From the IMG/VR virus record IMGVR_UViG_3300037882_004127, positions 1 to 64,000 of that record: 64,000 nucleotides of DNA; one strand, given 5' to 3'. Every line of letters starts with the position of its first letter. Within the stretch, counting starts at the first letter, position 1. The translations under genes and the position numbers were made by a program. This stretch comes from a virus. Of this stretch, positions 19,108 through 28,646 are shown in pieces. Under the pieces are notes generated by a model, which saw only the letters and a program-made list of their open reading frames with translations, was not told the DNA's origin and made no database searches.

Positions 19108-19282
19108 AGTATCCTAGTTTAATTAAATTTTTTAAATCCTCGGCGGCAGTCAGTAATCCAGCGGCAGAATAATAATTATTCCAATTTTTCTCTATCTCGT
19201 GCTCTTTTAACCGAGTATTCGCCCAACCCTCCCATGATTCGGCAAGACGAATCAACTCTTTTGTTTTAATTGATTTAATCAT
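19094..19282 (-). CDS. hypothetical protein
   Basis: ORF packing. Confidence 0.65.
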   Translation of the reverse strand: MIKSIKTKELIRLAESWEGWANTRLKEHEIEKNWNNYYSAAGLLTAAEDLKNLIKLGYYETE

Positions 19283-19285
19283 TAT

Positions 19286-19819
19286 TTAGAGTGGGGTTAA
19301 AAACCGCTCAACTTTCCAAGCATCCGGCAATTTCTGCCCAAGCCATCTATACTTGCGAAACATAAACCTAATGCCGCGAGCATACCATATATAAGGTCGC
19401 ATATACCATTTATTCAATAAAACCGTGCGTTCATTTTGTGCATCCCAAAATTCTTTTTCACGCGCCTTTCGTTCAGCATTCGGTTCAACCTCAAATTTCA
19501 CCAACTTAATTTCCGACTCCGCATTGAATGAATACTGATATTCAACCCAATAGTCATTTGACTCTTTATCAAAGGATGTATAAAAATTGATTAACTGCGG
19601 TTTACGAACCACCCTCACCTCAACTGCGCCGGGACCATCGGAATAAACTTCCTCGCCAATTGAGCCGTCACCGTAAATTGTATAATGATCCATCCCAGAA
19701 CTTAAATCTTTGGTTTGGAAATCCCCTTGATAAATCTCGTCTACTGTTAGTTCGCCCAAATCGGACGGCATCGGGAGACTGAAACCTCGGTGAATTTTGA
19801 TAGTGTTGAAAATTCCCAT
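19286..19819 (-). CDS. hypothetical phage protein
   Basis: MG.F..I...FQTKDL pattern typical of small phage proteins. Confidence 0.75.
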   Translation of the reverse strand: MGIFNTIKIHRGFSLPMPSDLGELTVDEIYQGDFQTKDLSSGMDHYTIYGDGSIGEEVYSDGPGAVEVRVVRKPQLINFYTSFDKESNDYWVEYQYSFNAESEIKLVKFEVEPNAERKAREKEFWDAQNERTVLLNKWYMRPYIWYARGIRFMFRKYRWLGQKLPDAWKVERFLTPL

Positions 19820-20055
19820 TATTTTCGCCCTTTCATCGCATCATTTTTCATAGCCCAATCAGACCTTTCCTTCATAATATTCGTATCAGCGGATAAATTA
19901 TTTACAATTCCACGCAACTCTGAAATCACATTCACGGCGTTATTTAGTATAGCCACGGCATCATCTCGTTCAAGGGAGTCATCCTCAATTAATTTGTGAA
20001 TATAATTAATGTCAAAATTATGGGCCAATAACCCGCGCATTGATTTAAGTCTCAT
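19819..20055 (-). CDS. hypothetical protein
   Basis: TAATG overlap. Confidence 0.7.
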   Translation of the reverse strand: MRLKSMRGLLAHNFDINYIHKLIEDDSLERDDAVAILNNAVNVISELRGIVNNLSADTNIMKERSDWAMKNDAMKGRK

Positions 20056-20073
20056 ATTTAATAGATTACTAGG

Positions 20074-20625
20074 TTAAACGCCTTGGGTCAAGATTAATTT
20101 CAACTCGGCTATCCGTCGTGCGGCTTCTTCGGTTTGGCTGGGGTGAAGTTCTGACCAATGATAGAACATCGCATCCTTATGGGCGGCAAGCCATTCGGTT
20201 CCGTTGGGCTCCATTTTATCGTCCACGAGTAAACGCCCCGGTCCAGACATATAAGATTTTGAGCCCTTATTCATCCACAGGCGATTTTTATGTTTTTTGA
20301 AAAAACGATCTATAAATTCGCACTTCCCACTAGCCACTCCGTGGTTAAGAGAGCACTTAGTTAGAAAAATCCAATCAATACCACTTTTATCAACCATATC
20401 CACCAAATTAAGCGACCATTGATATAAGGGTAAATTTGCAAACCAATTATGCGTTCCAAATTCGGTCCAGAAATTTTTCTTTCCGCCCGCTAATTCATAA
20501 ACCAATTCATCGCTCGGCATGTTGTCCGCTTCACACGGAATACCTAATTTTTTGCAAGCTGTTGGTTTAAAGGGGGTTAGGAGCCCGTCCACGTCCAAAC
20601 AGATTAAATTTATTTTTTGAGTCAT
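20074..20625 (-). CDS. HAD-family 5'(3')-deoxyribonucleotidase-like protein
   Basis: LDVDG, FLT, K and LVDD motifs. Confidence 0.8.
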   Translation of the reverse strand: MTQKINLICLDVDGLLTPFKPTACKKLGIPCEADNMPSDELVYELAGGKKNFWTEFGTHNWFANLPLYQWSLNLVDMVDKSGIDWIFLTKCSLNHGVASGKCEFIDRFFKKHKNRLWMNKGSKSYMSGPGRLLVDDKMEPNGTEWLAAHKDAMFYHWSELHPSQTEEAARRIAELKLILTQGV

Positions 20626-20627
20626 GT

Positions 20628-22247
20628 TTAATTCAGTAATAATTGATTCTCCCCAATCCTAAACGAGTGATTAAAGAATTTTTGCGCAATTTCGGGGCTA
20701 ATGTCAACTTCTTTCGCGGCTTCTTCCTCGGAACCTAACCATTTCAACAATTTTCCCGTCTGAATATTTAAAGCGTGAATAAAATCTGGATTAAACGAAA
20801 AATGTAAGTTCCTATTATAGAACGCTTTAACCTTGAAAAGAAACTCCTTTTGCCCGTTTTCCCCCTTAAAATGATAATTAACCGCTTCGGACGAATCCCA
20901 TTGATAGGGGCGCGGCTTATCTTCTACTGGAACAAAACCTAAATTATTCGCAATAACGAGCAAATCACCAATAAAATCCGCCGCATGAGGCTCTAAACCA
21001 GTGCTACATGGGGAATAGCCCTTAACCAAACCGCCGCACCTCTCTAAGACCATTCGATGTCCGACCTTTAATTTCACATGGCTGACCTCATTTGATTCAT
21101 CGCGATAATAATTGTAACGGAATTGATTCTCCGAGAAGACCCTTCGATTTGAAGAATAATTCTCAACATTGGCGAACTCAAGTAGTCTTTTATAAACTTC
21201 AACTAATTGACTGTCGAATTTTAGATTGGCGTTCCGTATCACGTACAAAACGACTGCGTAAGCATTATCTGAATTAAAATCAATCCCGCTACTTTTATTT
21301 GTTAGCCCAAGTATCTGATCGCGCGAAGATTTTGTCAAAAGCCTATTAATATTTTTCATGCCGTCGAATAAACGGTTCCAAAATAATTTCTTCTCACTCG
21401 CCAACTTCATCTTTAAACTCGCGATTAAGCCAGCCTTTGTTATCTCGAATTCCTTCAATAAACCATTATCAAGGGAGCAAATGGCGGAATAATTCTTTTG
21501 TAAATCGGACATTCTTTCATTATACAAGAAAACGAGGGCGTCAATGAGGTTGCGACCCGCTACCAATTGCTCATTCTTAATTTTATCCTCCAAAGGATCT
21601 TTTAAAACGGGCTCCGGGTATTTGAAGTTATCATTAAAGAATCGCGCGAATGGATCGTTATCTTCAGAGTATCTTTGCCCCGTCCTGATTAGAAGTAAAT
21701 TCACTTTGGCCCGCGCCTTTCTATCTTCAGACTCCATGAAATCAAAAGATCCTAGAGTTTCTGGATTTAACCCGCGCGCTTTAATTTCAAATTGAATATC
21801 TTTATTGTCGGCCCATCGTTCAGGAATCACCAAATAAAGTAAACAGTTAGGAGGCGATTCTTTAAGGATTTTTATTGTCCATTCAACATACTCGCTAAAG
21901 GGACAATTCGAATAAATAACATCTAACTCTTTGTCAAATAAGTTGATATGCCAGAAGTCACAACCAAGAATGAGGTAGCTAGGGTTTAAATTACTTAAGT
22001 GAGTAGATGATTTCTCAATGGCGTAAATTGAATCGAATATACCTAATTCCGCGAAAGCATCTAAAACTTTTCCTCCACCTGCGCCTATGTCCACAACACT
22101 CTTTAACCTTTTATAATGATCCTCATTTATGGATTTAATTGATTTCGCGGCGCATTCAATAATGGAATTCATCGTTGGGTAATATTCATAATCTTCTAGG
22201 GAATCTTTTAATAGATTTAGTTCTTTATTAAACTTCATGGACTTCAT
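20628..22247 (-). CDS. class I SAM-dependent DNA methyltransferase (DUF4942-like C-terminus)
   Basis: EYYPT, VDIGAGGG, the NPPF-like SNCPFS and LVIPERW. Confidence 0.8.
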   Translation of the reverse strand: MKSMKFNKELNLLKDSLEDYEYYPTMNSIIECAAKSIKSINEDHYKRLKSVVDIGAGGGKVLDAFAELGIFDSIYAIEKSSTHLSNLNPSYLILGCDFWHINLFDKELDVIYSNCPFSEYVEWTIKILKESPPNCLLYLVIPERWADNKDIQFEIKARGLNPETLGSFDFMESEDRKARAKVNLLLIRTGQRYSEDNDPFARFFNDNFKYPEPVLKDPLEDKIKNEQLVAGRNLIDALVFLYNERMSDLQKNYSAICSLDNGLLKEFEITKAGLIASLKMKLASEKKLFWNRLFDGMKNINRLLTKSSRDQILGLTNKSSGIDFNSDNAYAVVLYVIRNANLKFDSQLVEVYKRLLEFANVENYSSNRRVFSENQFRYNYYRDESNEVSHVKLKVGHRMVLERCGGLVKGYSPCSTGLEPHAADFIGDLLVIANNLGFVPVEDKPRPYQWDSSEAVNYHFKGENGQKEFLFKVKAFYNRNLHFSFNPDFIHALNIQTGKLLKWLGSEEEAAKEVDISPEIAQKFFNHSFRIGENQLLLN

Positions 22248-22256
22248 GGAATTGAT

Positions 22257-23591
22257 GAAAAGGAAACTCTCGAATTTATTTGAGAGAGGAGTTTTCGCAT
22301 AAAAGGTTAAAAATTTTCACTGTATGAAATAAAATAGACAAAATTGGTGTATTGAATTATAATCAATAAGCTAACCCGTGCCCAACTTAACCTACAAGGC
22401 AGAATTGCTTTTCCAAAGTCAAGAGGATTTTGGGAAAATTCTTAATGTGTTAAAGGCTGAGCAGCAAGTATTTAACGAAGCGTCCAAAATCCATTATGGA
22501 GACGGTTCAAAACGAAAAAATAGCATTGTTGAGCTTCACGCTGGATTTTATAGCAAATTTAGGTTAGCTCATCCTGAAATTCCATCACAAATTGTTATTC
22601 GTGGGGAACAAGCATGCTTATCGGCTTACCGTTCAATTAAATCCAATAAACACGAAATTCATAAGGCAATAGAGAAGAAGAATTTAAGCATTAGGCTAGA
22701 TAAAAGAATTTATACTTATAAAGAAGACAAAATTAAATTAACCTCGTTAGACAAGCGTGTCACCGTAGATTTTAAGCGCTACCCAAAAATCGAAGAAATG
22801 CTAAAATCTTATGAATTTTGCGATCCACTTCTATTTGAACGAGACGGTAAAATCTGGATAGCTCTTACATTTAAAGTTCCCGCAAAACCAGAATCTATTG
22901 AAAAATTAGCCGTGGGCATAGATTTGGGTGTGAATCGAGTAGTTGCTACCTCTGAGGGTAAAATATTTCAGGATAAAAAATTTAACAAAACAAAAAGAAA
23001 ACTTCGATTTTTAAAGCGCCGACTCCGGTCAAAGGGGACAAAATCGGCAAGACGGCACTTAAAGAAGATCCGCCACAAAGAGGCAAATCGAAATAATAAT
23101 CAATCTCATCTATTAGCGAACACCATTATTAGCTCGACCAGCGCAAATGTTTTGGTTTTGGAAGATCTGACGGGTTTAAAAAATCCCAAGAGTAAGAAAA
23201 AGAAAATGAGTAAGTCTAATAATAATAAAATTGGGCAAGTCCCTTTTGCTAGACTTAGAGAAATTTTGACCTACAAGGCACCCATTTATGGGAAAACGGT
23301 TTTACTTATTGACCCAAAATTCACGAGTCAAATTGACTCAAGAACAGGGTTAAAGGATGGGTTAAGAAAAGGCAGTAGATATTACTGTTCGGACGGAGTG
23401 ATATTGGATGCAGATTTAAATGCGTCAATCAATATCACTAAACGTTCAAAACTCCCCGTTTCACTCGGTAGAAATATCGAGACTTACGGGCAGGCTGTTG
23501 TCACCCAGCCAATTGTATTTAAGTCGTTTAATTCTAAGTAATTAGAATTTTATGCATTACAAACACTCGAATTTATTCGTGGGTAGGTGAC
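22257..23591 (+). mobile_element. non-autonomous IS200/IS605-family element (tnpB only), inserted 3' of TTGAT
   Basis: The LE and RE hairpins share CTCGAATTTATT. Excising 22257-23591 restores an in-frame minus-strand ORF. Confidence 0.85.
22378..23541 (+). CDS. tnpB: TnpB RNA-guided endonuclease
   Basis: The RuvC triad GIDLG, LEDL and DADLNA is intact. Confidence 0.93.
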   Translation: MPNLTYKAELLFQSQEDFGKILNVLKAEQQVFNEASKIHYGDGSKRKNSIVELHAGFYSKFRLAHPEIPSQIVIRGEQACLSAYRSIKSNKHEIHKAIEKKNLSIRLDKRIYTYKEDKIKLTSLDKRVTVDFKRYPKIEEMLKSYEFCDPLLFERDGKIWIALTFKVPAKPESIEKLAVGIDLGVNRVVATSEGKIFQDKKFNKTKRKLRFLKRRLRSKGTKSARRHLKKIRHKEANRNNNQSHLLANTIISSTSANVLVLEDLTGLKNPKSKKKKMSKSNNNKIGQVPFARLREILTYKAPIYGKTVLLIDPKFTSQIDSRTGLKDGLRKGSRYYCSDGVILDADLNASINITKRSKLPVSLGRNIETYGQAVVTQPIVFKSFNSK

Positions 23592-23611
23592 CGAGCTATA
23601 CCATTCGTGGT
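23440..23611 (+). ncRNA. TnpB omegaRNA (predicted guide 23592-23611)
   Basis: Stem GGCTG/CAGCC; its loop GTCACC pairs with the terminal GGTGAC. The 5' boundary is approximate. Confidence 0.75.
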
Positions 23612-23657
23612 CTTCTGATAAATCTTGAAGTTTCTTTAAAGTGGATAGATAGGCCAT
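23592..23657 (-). pseudogene. IS-interrupted duplicate N-terminus of the 20628-22247 methyltransferase
   Basis: MAYLSTLKKLQDLSEDHEWYSS resembles ELNLLKDSLEDYEYYPT. Confidence 0.7.
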
Positions 23658-23687
23658 TTATTTAATTTAACAAAACAAAAGTAAACA

Positions 23688-23942
23688 TCAAGCCTTTTTA
23701 TCACCAAAACCAATAAATTTAAATATTTTCAAAAACGTTGCCTCATTCCCGGCCCAAGTCATTCCTCCTCCACCATGTTTATCATCATTATGATTACTCC
23801 AAGTGATTATTTCCCCTTCAGTTAAAACGCCCCCTTCCTCCTCTTCGCCACCAACTTGCATTACTGTATGCTCAACGCCTTTATGATTTTCCGCTGTTAA
23901 GGCAAACCAACGGGAACCTTGTTTAATGTTTTTATTATTCAT
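23688..23942 (-). CDS. hypothetical protein
   Basis: ORF packing. Confidence 0.7.
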   Translation of the reverse strand: MNNKNIKQGSRWFALTAENHKGVEHTVMQVGGEEEEGGVLTEGEIITWSNHNDDKHGGGGMTWAGNEATFLKIFKFIGFGDKKA

Positions 23943-24154
23943 AGTTTTAAATAGGTTTTAATTTCCTCATCGGTCATATCACCTCGCAAGGAATCAACCA
24001 AATATTTAATTACATCAAGGGTAAAATCACATTCTGCGAAACGCAAATCAATTGCCTTAATAAGTTCGTGGGCATCATCGCGGCTGATTGAATGGGTGAT
24101 TGCCATAATTGGGATGCTGACATTTAAATCAAAGTGGTTGTCGAGGATTTTCAT
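23939..24154 (-). CDS. hypothetical protein
   Basis: ORF packing. Confidence 0.7.
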   Translation of the reverse strand: MKILDNHFDLNVSIPIMAITHSISRDDAHELIKAIDLRFAECDFTLDVIKYLVDSLRGDMTDEEIKTYLKL

Positions 24155-24157
24155 ATT

Positions 24158-24706
24158 TTACTGGCCTGAACTTCCAAAGCCACCCTTATTACGTTCAGTT
24201 TTATCCAAATCGTCAACTAAAACCCAATCAATACCTATATTTTTAACGGGACGAATTTGCATGATTTTATCATTTGCCTTATAACATTTATCCAAATTGA
24301 CGCGCGCTCCTAAGCGATGTCCGTCAAAAATGGTAATATCACTCATTTGCACTAAATATTTAAAACGAACCATAATTTGGCCGCGAAATCCATTGTCTAA
24401 TGTGGGGCAAGAGTTTGCCATGATTAAATTATATTTGCTAATACTTGACCTAGGCAAACCTTGAATCCACCAATCATTATAGTCTAAATAGGTATCAAAT
24501 ACAGTTAAGGTCTGTTGCGGAGCGATAAATAAATTAGTCCCATATTCAATATAATCAATTTCGCTGTAAATGCCGCCGCCGATTTCATCACCCTTAATAA
24601 AGGGGCCAGATGTCGCAAAAACATCATAACAAGCATCTTTTTCCGTGTTTTTAACGGGTAGTTTTAAACCGTCAATTTTCTTAACGTGAATTTTAACTTT
24701 TTGCAT
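24158..24706 (-). CDS. dut: trimeric dUTPase
   Basis: DACYD, PRSS, TLDNGFRG and RNKGGFGSSG. Confidence 0.92.
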   Translation of the reverse strand: MQKVKIHVKKIDGLKLPVKNTEKDACYDVFATSGPFIKGDEIGGGIYSEIDYIEYGTNLFIAPQQTLTVFDTYLDYNDWWIQGLPRSSISKYNLIMANSCPTLDNGFRGQIMVRFKYLVQMSDITIFDGHRLGARVNLDKCYKANDKIMQIRPVKNIGIDWVLVDDLDKTERNKGGFGSSGQ

Positions 24707-24712
24707 ATTTTA

Positions 24713-25135
24713 TTAATCTGTAAATTCCGCCAAACAATTTTCTTCCTTAATATCCGCGTAAGCCAACATATCTTTCACGGGCCAACTAATCGTGCAGTCC
24801 ACCAACCGCCGGTCAAATTCCTTACGAGTAATAAGTTCGGCCATAGATTCGTCAAGATTCGCGCGGTCGAAACCATCATGATCAAGGATAGTTAGATTTT
24901 TAAACTCGGGCTCCTTCAACCAGTCGTGAGATGACCGAATCAACCCCGAATCTGTGGCCCAATCGCCCGTCGCCTCTGGGTGGAATTCCCAGAACATGCC
25001 GGAACTTTTTAATTTGAGATAAGTTTCCTTATCTATATTTTTAAGTCTCTCAATCATAAAATTCAATAAGGTTTTTCGATTTCTGCCCAATAAATTACTC
25101 CAACCAATGGTTTTGATATGTGTCGCTCTTCCCAA
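24713..25135 (-). CDS. hypothetical protein
   Basis: Probable true start at MIERLK. Confidence 0.65.
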   Translation of the reverse strand: MGRATHIKTIGWSNLLGRNRKTLLNFMIERLKNIDKETYLKLKSSGMFWEFHPEATGDWATDSGLIRSSHDWLKEPEFKNLTILDHDGFDRANLDESMAELITRKEFDRRLVDCTISWPVKDMLAYADIKEENCLAEFTD

Positions 25136-25269
25136 AAATTCCCCTGTTCGTCAAGCCACACCACGAGGGCATAATTATTACTCCAAGCTGGATTTCTATG
25201 CCCATCAATCCAAACCAACACCTCTTTGCCGCGCTCTGGCAATTTATCTTTAATATTTATCCAGTTCAT
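25063..25269 (-). CDS. DUF551-like protein
   Basis: WINIKDKLPE...VLV...VIYWAEI. Confidence 0.8.
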   Translation of the reverse strand: MNWINIKDKLPERGKEVLVWIDGHRNPAWSNNYALVVWLDEQGNFWEERHISKPLVGVIYWAEIEKPY

Positions 25270-25271
25270 GT

Positions 25272-25556
25272 TTATTTTCCTAGTGAAGTATAATATTTAT
25301 TAATGTGCTGCGAAATAGTTTGGGGCGTCCATAAAGCCTTCATGAATTTACCTTTAAGAGCATCCTCGTCACTTAACTCGTGATTATCAATGACAATGCA
25401 CCAACCTGATTTAACACGGTTTCGCCAGAATTCCATGTTCGGGTTAATTGCACTGATTAGTTTGTCCGAGAATAAAAATAGGTTATCGGGAATCTCAATA
25501 ACATTTTCCTCGTACCATTTACCCGACTCTTTGTACCAGTCGTATTTAATTTTCAT
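25272..25556 (-). CDS. hypothetical protein
   Basis: YKESGKWY motif. Confidence 0.7.
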   Translation of the reverse strand: MKIKYDWYKESGKWYEENVIEIPDNLFLFSDKLISAINPNMEFWRNRVKSGWCIVIDNHELSDEDALKGKFMKALWTPQTISQHINKYYTSLGK

Positions 25557-25724
25557 AATTATTTATATTTATCAGCTTTAGGTAATTCGCCAATCGCCAC
25601 GTAACGAACATATTCCGCCCAAGTCCATCCTAAATATTCGTAAATTTCACAATTAATTGAATCATCGTTGTACCATTCATCCATTGCCGAATCAACTTCT
25701 TCGTATGCAAGTAATCTTGGGTAA

Positions 25725-25979
25725 TTAATCTTCATATAGCCCTTTCATTCCCAACGCCTTTCTCATCTCATCTGCCTTTTCCCCGCAAACGCACTCAAAA
25801 TCTTCGCCAGTCCGGACCTCCTCTAAAAGTTCAGCGGCTTGTAATGCGACTAACTGAACTTTTTCTAAATCTTCAATAATACGCGTGAGTTCGTCATCAG
25901 TCGGCAGAGGTATATCGCCATTTTTATTGAGTATGTATTTGAGTAATTTCTCAAGCGGTGTTTTAATATCATTTTCCAT
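25725..25979 (-). CDS. hypothetical protein
   Basis: ORF packing. Confidence 0.7.
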   Translation of the reverse strand: MENDIKTPLEKLLKYILNKNGDIPLPTDDELTRIIEDLEKVQLVALQAAELLEEVRTGEDFECVCGEKADEMRKALGMKGLYED

Positions 25980-25981
25980 AT

Positions 25982-26176
25982 TCAGTCCTCAAAATTCAAT
26001 TCAGTTTCAGGGTCCAAAGGCTCGCCGCACGATGTTAAATAGGGGTTCCCGTCCTGATCGAAACGGATAGTTTCCGCGTAATAAAGTTCCCAAAGAGCGG
26101 TGCTAATAGCTTTTTCGCTCAACCCCTTAGCTGCGCATTTGTCAATAGCCTCTTTAATTGTTAGCTTTTTATTCAT
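25982..26176 (-). CDS. hypothetical protein
   Basis: ORF packing. Confidence 0.7.
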   Translation of the reverse strand: MNKKLTIKEAIDKCAAKGLSEKAISTALWELYYAETIRFDQDGNPYLTSCGEPLDPETELNFED

Positions 26177-26529
26177 GGTTTTAGTAAATCTGAATTTTGA
26201 TGAATATTCCCGACCACTTCACATCTATACCAGCGTCTCTTATCAGCAAAAACATCAATCCAAGTTAAATCTTCCCCCTCCAGATAAAAAGAGCCGTCCT
26301 CATTATCATATTTTACCACCGCTAAACCATCGCGATCATCATAAGAAACAATATCGTTTTCAAAAATTTGTTTTTTATTGGCATCTTTAATGCCTGTTCC
26401 GCGATCAATTTCAAAACAATCGTAAAAACCAATCGGTTTGGGTTCAACCAAGTCCCCATTGCCATCCATCAAACAATCTTCCGGCTTAAAGAAGTAATCA
26501 TCCTTAACGTTATAAACGCGATATTTCAT
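26173..26529 (-). CDS. YopX-family protein
   Basis: TGIKD...IFENDI and VVGNIHQN. Confidence 0.88.
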   Translation of the reverse strand: MKYRVYNVKDDYFFKPEDCLMDGNGDLVEPKPIGFYDCFEIDRGTGIKDANKKQIFENDIVSYDDRDGLAVVKYDNEDGSFYLEGEDLTWIDVFADKRRWYRCEVVGNIHQNSDLLKP

Positions 26530-26951
26530 TTTAATAAATCTGGATTTTGATAAATGTTCCCGACAACCTTCATGGAATCATAAGCAACGGGCCAGCCACC
26601 ATAAAAATCATACTCCTTCCAGTTTAAGTAAAACGGAGAAAAGGCTAAATTTGAATAAGTTTTCGCCCATTTTATTACAAGTAAGGGTTGAGGATCATCA
26701 AAATCAAACCATTGGATAATGTCACCCTCATAGATATTTTTCCCATTAGAATCGGTTCGCCCGGTCCAACGCATATATTCCGTTTGGAAACCTCCGTAGC
26801 CCCGATAATCGGTACAGCCAAAGAAGGCTTCCATTGAGAGGAAATCGCCATCATCTGAATAGTGCATTGTATCCCCATCCCACGCGCGTAATTTTAGTTC
26901 GTTTATCTTCATGTTTTTGACCGGATTTCCTGTGCTGTCAACTCCCCGCAC
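26526..26951 (-). CDS. YopX-family protein
   Basis: LRAWD, TG.TDSNGKNIYEGDI and VVGNIYQNPDLL. Confidence 0.88.
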   Translation of the reverse strand: MRGVDSTGNPVKNMKINELKLRAWDGDTMHYSDDGDFLSMEAFFGCTDYRGYGGFQTEYMRWTGRTDSNGKNIYEGDIIQWFDFDDPQPLLVIKWAKTYSNLAFSPFYLNWKEYDFYGGWPVAYDSMKVVGNIYQNPDLLK

Positions 26952-27041
26952 ATTAATCTCAATTGAGAATCAGTCGCATCTTTAATTTCTTTAGCGCGCT
27001 TAGTTGTCTCAATCTCAGCACTAAAATCATCATAATCGCCA

Positions 27042-27452
27042 TTAAACATTGTCGGTCATCCTTTCGAATTCCTCTGTTAACTCGTCACTGAATACCAACT
27101 CGTTAATCACCGGATAAGCAATCATACAAACAAACGCCATAACGCAGGGCGCGACCACATACATTTCACAATTATTTACAATGTCATCCCCGCAAAACCC
27201 CTCCTTCTCTAAATATCCCAATCGCCCATTTTTGTAAACAATCCCGCCAAATCGCCCTTCATTCGCGGTGATTAGGCCAGCATAATTTAGCCCATTCAAT
27301 TCGATTGAGTAAATAATTGTTGAATTTTTTGTGGGGTCGGGATCAACCTCATAATTGGCGCGAAAGGGGATTTGATTTTCTATAAAGCAGTTAACCACTT
27401 GGTTATGGATTTTTAACAGATCGGATTCTTTGATTTTTAGAGGATTAAACAT
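27042..27452 (-). CDS. hypothetical protein
   Basis: 136-aa ORF after a TTGACA promoter. Confidence 0.7.
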   Translation of the reverse strand: MFNPLKIKESDLLKIHNQVVNCFIENQIPFRANYEVDPDPTKNSTIIYSIELNGLNYAGLITANEGRFGGIVYKNGRLGYLEKEGFCGDDIVNNCEMYVVAPCVMAFVCMIAYPVINELVFSDELTEEFERMTDNV

Positions 27453-27518
27453 GTGAGGGATTACGTGGGTCAGAGTATGGGAGATTATTCTTGGGGTGTC
27501 AAGGGGGAAAGCGCCGCG

Positions 27519-28004
27519 TTAGGCTGAATTATCCGCCAATATGTTGCGATAACAGGTCTCAATCCATTCTTTGGCGTCCTCTAATTGAGAGTGCCCAAAA
27601 GGTGCCCAGTTTATTAGCTCGGGGTCGTGATCTTCGCGCCACTCAATAGCATTATTCACCAATCTCTGTTTAAGGCGGAATTTGAAACCTTCTTCATAAG
27701 GGCTGGTTAAAACCCAGATGGAATTATCATTGTCGTCAAACTCCTCAATCCAATTATATTCAGTAGGCATGTTTTCAAGTCTGGTTAAATCCGCGTGTTC
27801 AGTTTCCCGGGGGGCAATCTCAGCTTTATAAAAGTCGCCCAATAGCGGCAGGGAATCTATATATTTTTCAAATGCCGGTGTGATTAATTTATTAAATTCG
27901 TCTTTAGCAGTGGCGACAAGCGATGGATCTTTCGAAGAGAGTCTGCGAACAATATCTTCATTTGTCATTTTAGTAAAACCGCCACCTTGCCCGAGGCATA
28001 CCAT
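27519..28004 (-). CDS. hypothetical protein
   Basis: Probable true start at MTNEDI. Confidence 0.7.
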   Translation of the reverse strand: MVCLGQGGGFTKMTNEDIVRRLSSKDPSLVATAKDEFNKLITPAFEKYIDSLPLLGDFYKAEIAPRETEHADLTRLENMPTEYNWIEEFDDNDNSIWVLTSPYEEGFKFRLKQRLVNNAIEWREDHDPELINWAPFGHSQLEDAKEWIETCYRNILADNSA

Positions 28005-28210
28005 GAACGGAAGTCTTTATTTAAACCGACGAACCTTTTAACCGCTTCGTTGAACTCCGCAAATCCATTGAAGTCAGCCGGACATAAATCTTCTTGTCCT
28101 TCAACCGCTTGATCAATAATATCGGAAGCGTCTAAATTCAGGGTTGGGATAATTTTGTCAACTCCCCAAATGTACTCGGGCAATGGAGCCTCATCGTTCT
28201 CCTCGTTCAC
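27965..28210 (-). CDS. hypothetical protein
   Basis: The frame stays open upstream to 28324; start uncertain. Confidence 0.6.
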   Translation of the reverse strand: MNEENDEAPLPEYIWGVDKIIPTLNLDASDIIDQAVEGQEDLCPADFNGFAEFNEAVKRFVGLNKDFRSWYASGKVAVLLK

Positions 28211-28324
28211 TTCTAGGTAATCATCAACCGTCTCATAATATTCTGATTCATCCCAAACGGGAAACAGCCAATTTGTCGCCGGAACTTTTGTCGCCAGTTC
28301 AAATTTAATCTTTTCATTCGCGCG

Positions 28325-28642
28325 CTACCATTCAGAATTCCCATATTGATTGAGTTTCTTTATTTCCTCCTCATTCAATACGTATTCAAGGATAATCTTA
28401 TTTCTAGACCACTTACCGTCCGTCATAAAATACTTATTAAAAATATCTCCCGTGACCTTATGCGACCACCAATCAGGAATTTCGCGGCCACTTTTCAAAA
28501 TGGCGGGCTCAAATTGAGAGTTGCACAAATAAGATTCAATTTCGGCGAAACGGGCGGGGTCAAGCAAACCAGAATCACGTAATGAGGCAAAATTAGTAAA
28601 GATAGTCGCGTAAAGACTGGTTAGTTTTGGTTTATCGTTCAT
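28325..28642 (-). CDS. hypothetical protein
   Basis: ORF packing. Confidence 0.7.
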   Translation of the reverse strand: MNDKPKLTSLYATIFTNFASLRDSGLLDPARFAEIESYLCNSQFEPAILKSGREIPDWWSHKVTGDIFNKYFMTDGKWSRNKIILEYVLNEEEIKKLNQYGNSEW

Positions 28643-28646
28643 AAAA

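Noticed and set aside
22257-23591. TnpBs as Cas12f with a CRISPR array
   Set aside because: I saw no repeat-spacer array. The repeated CTCGAATTTATT is explained by the IS end hairpins.
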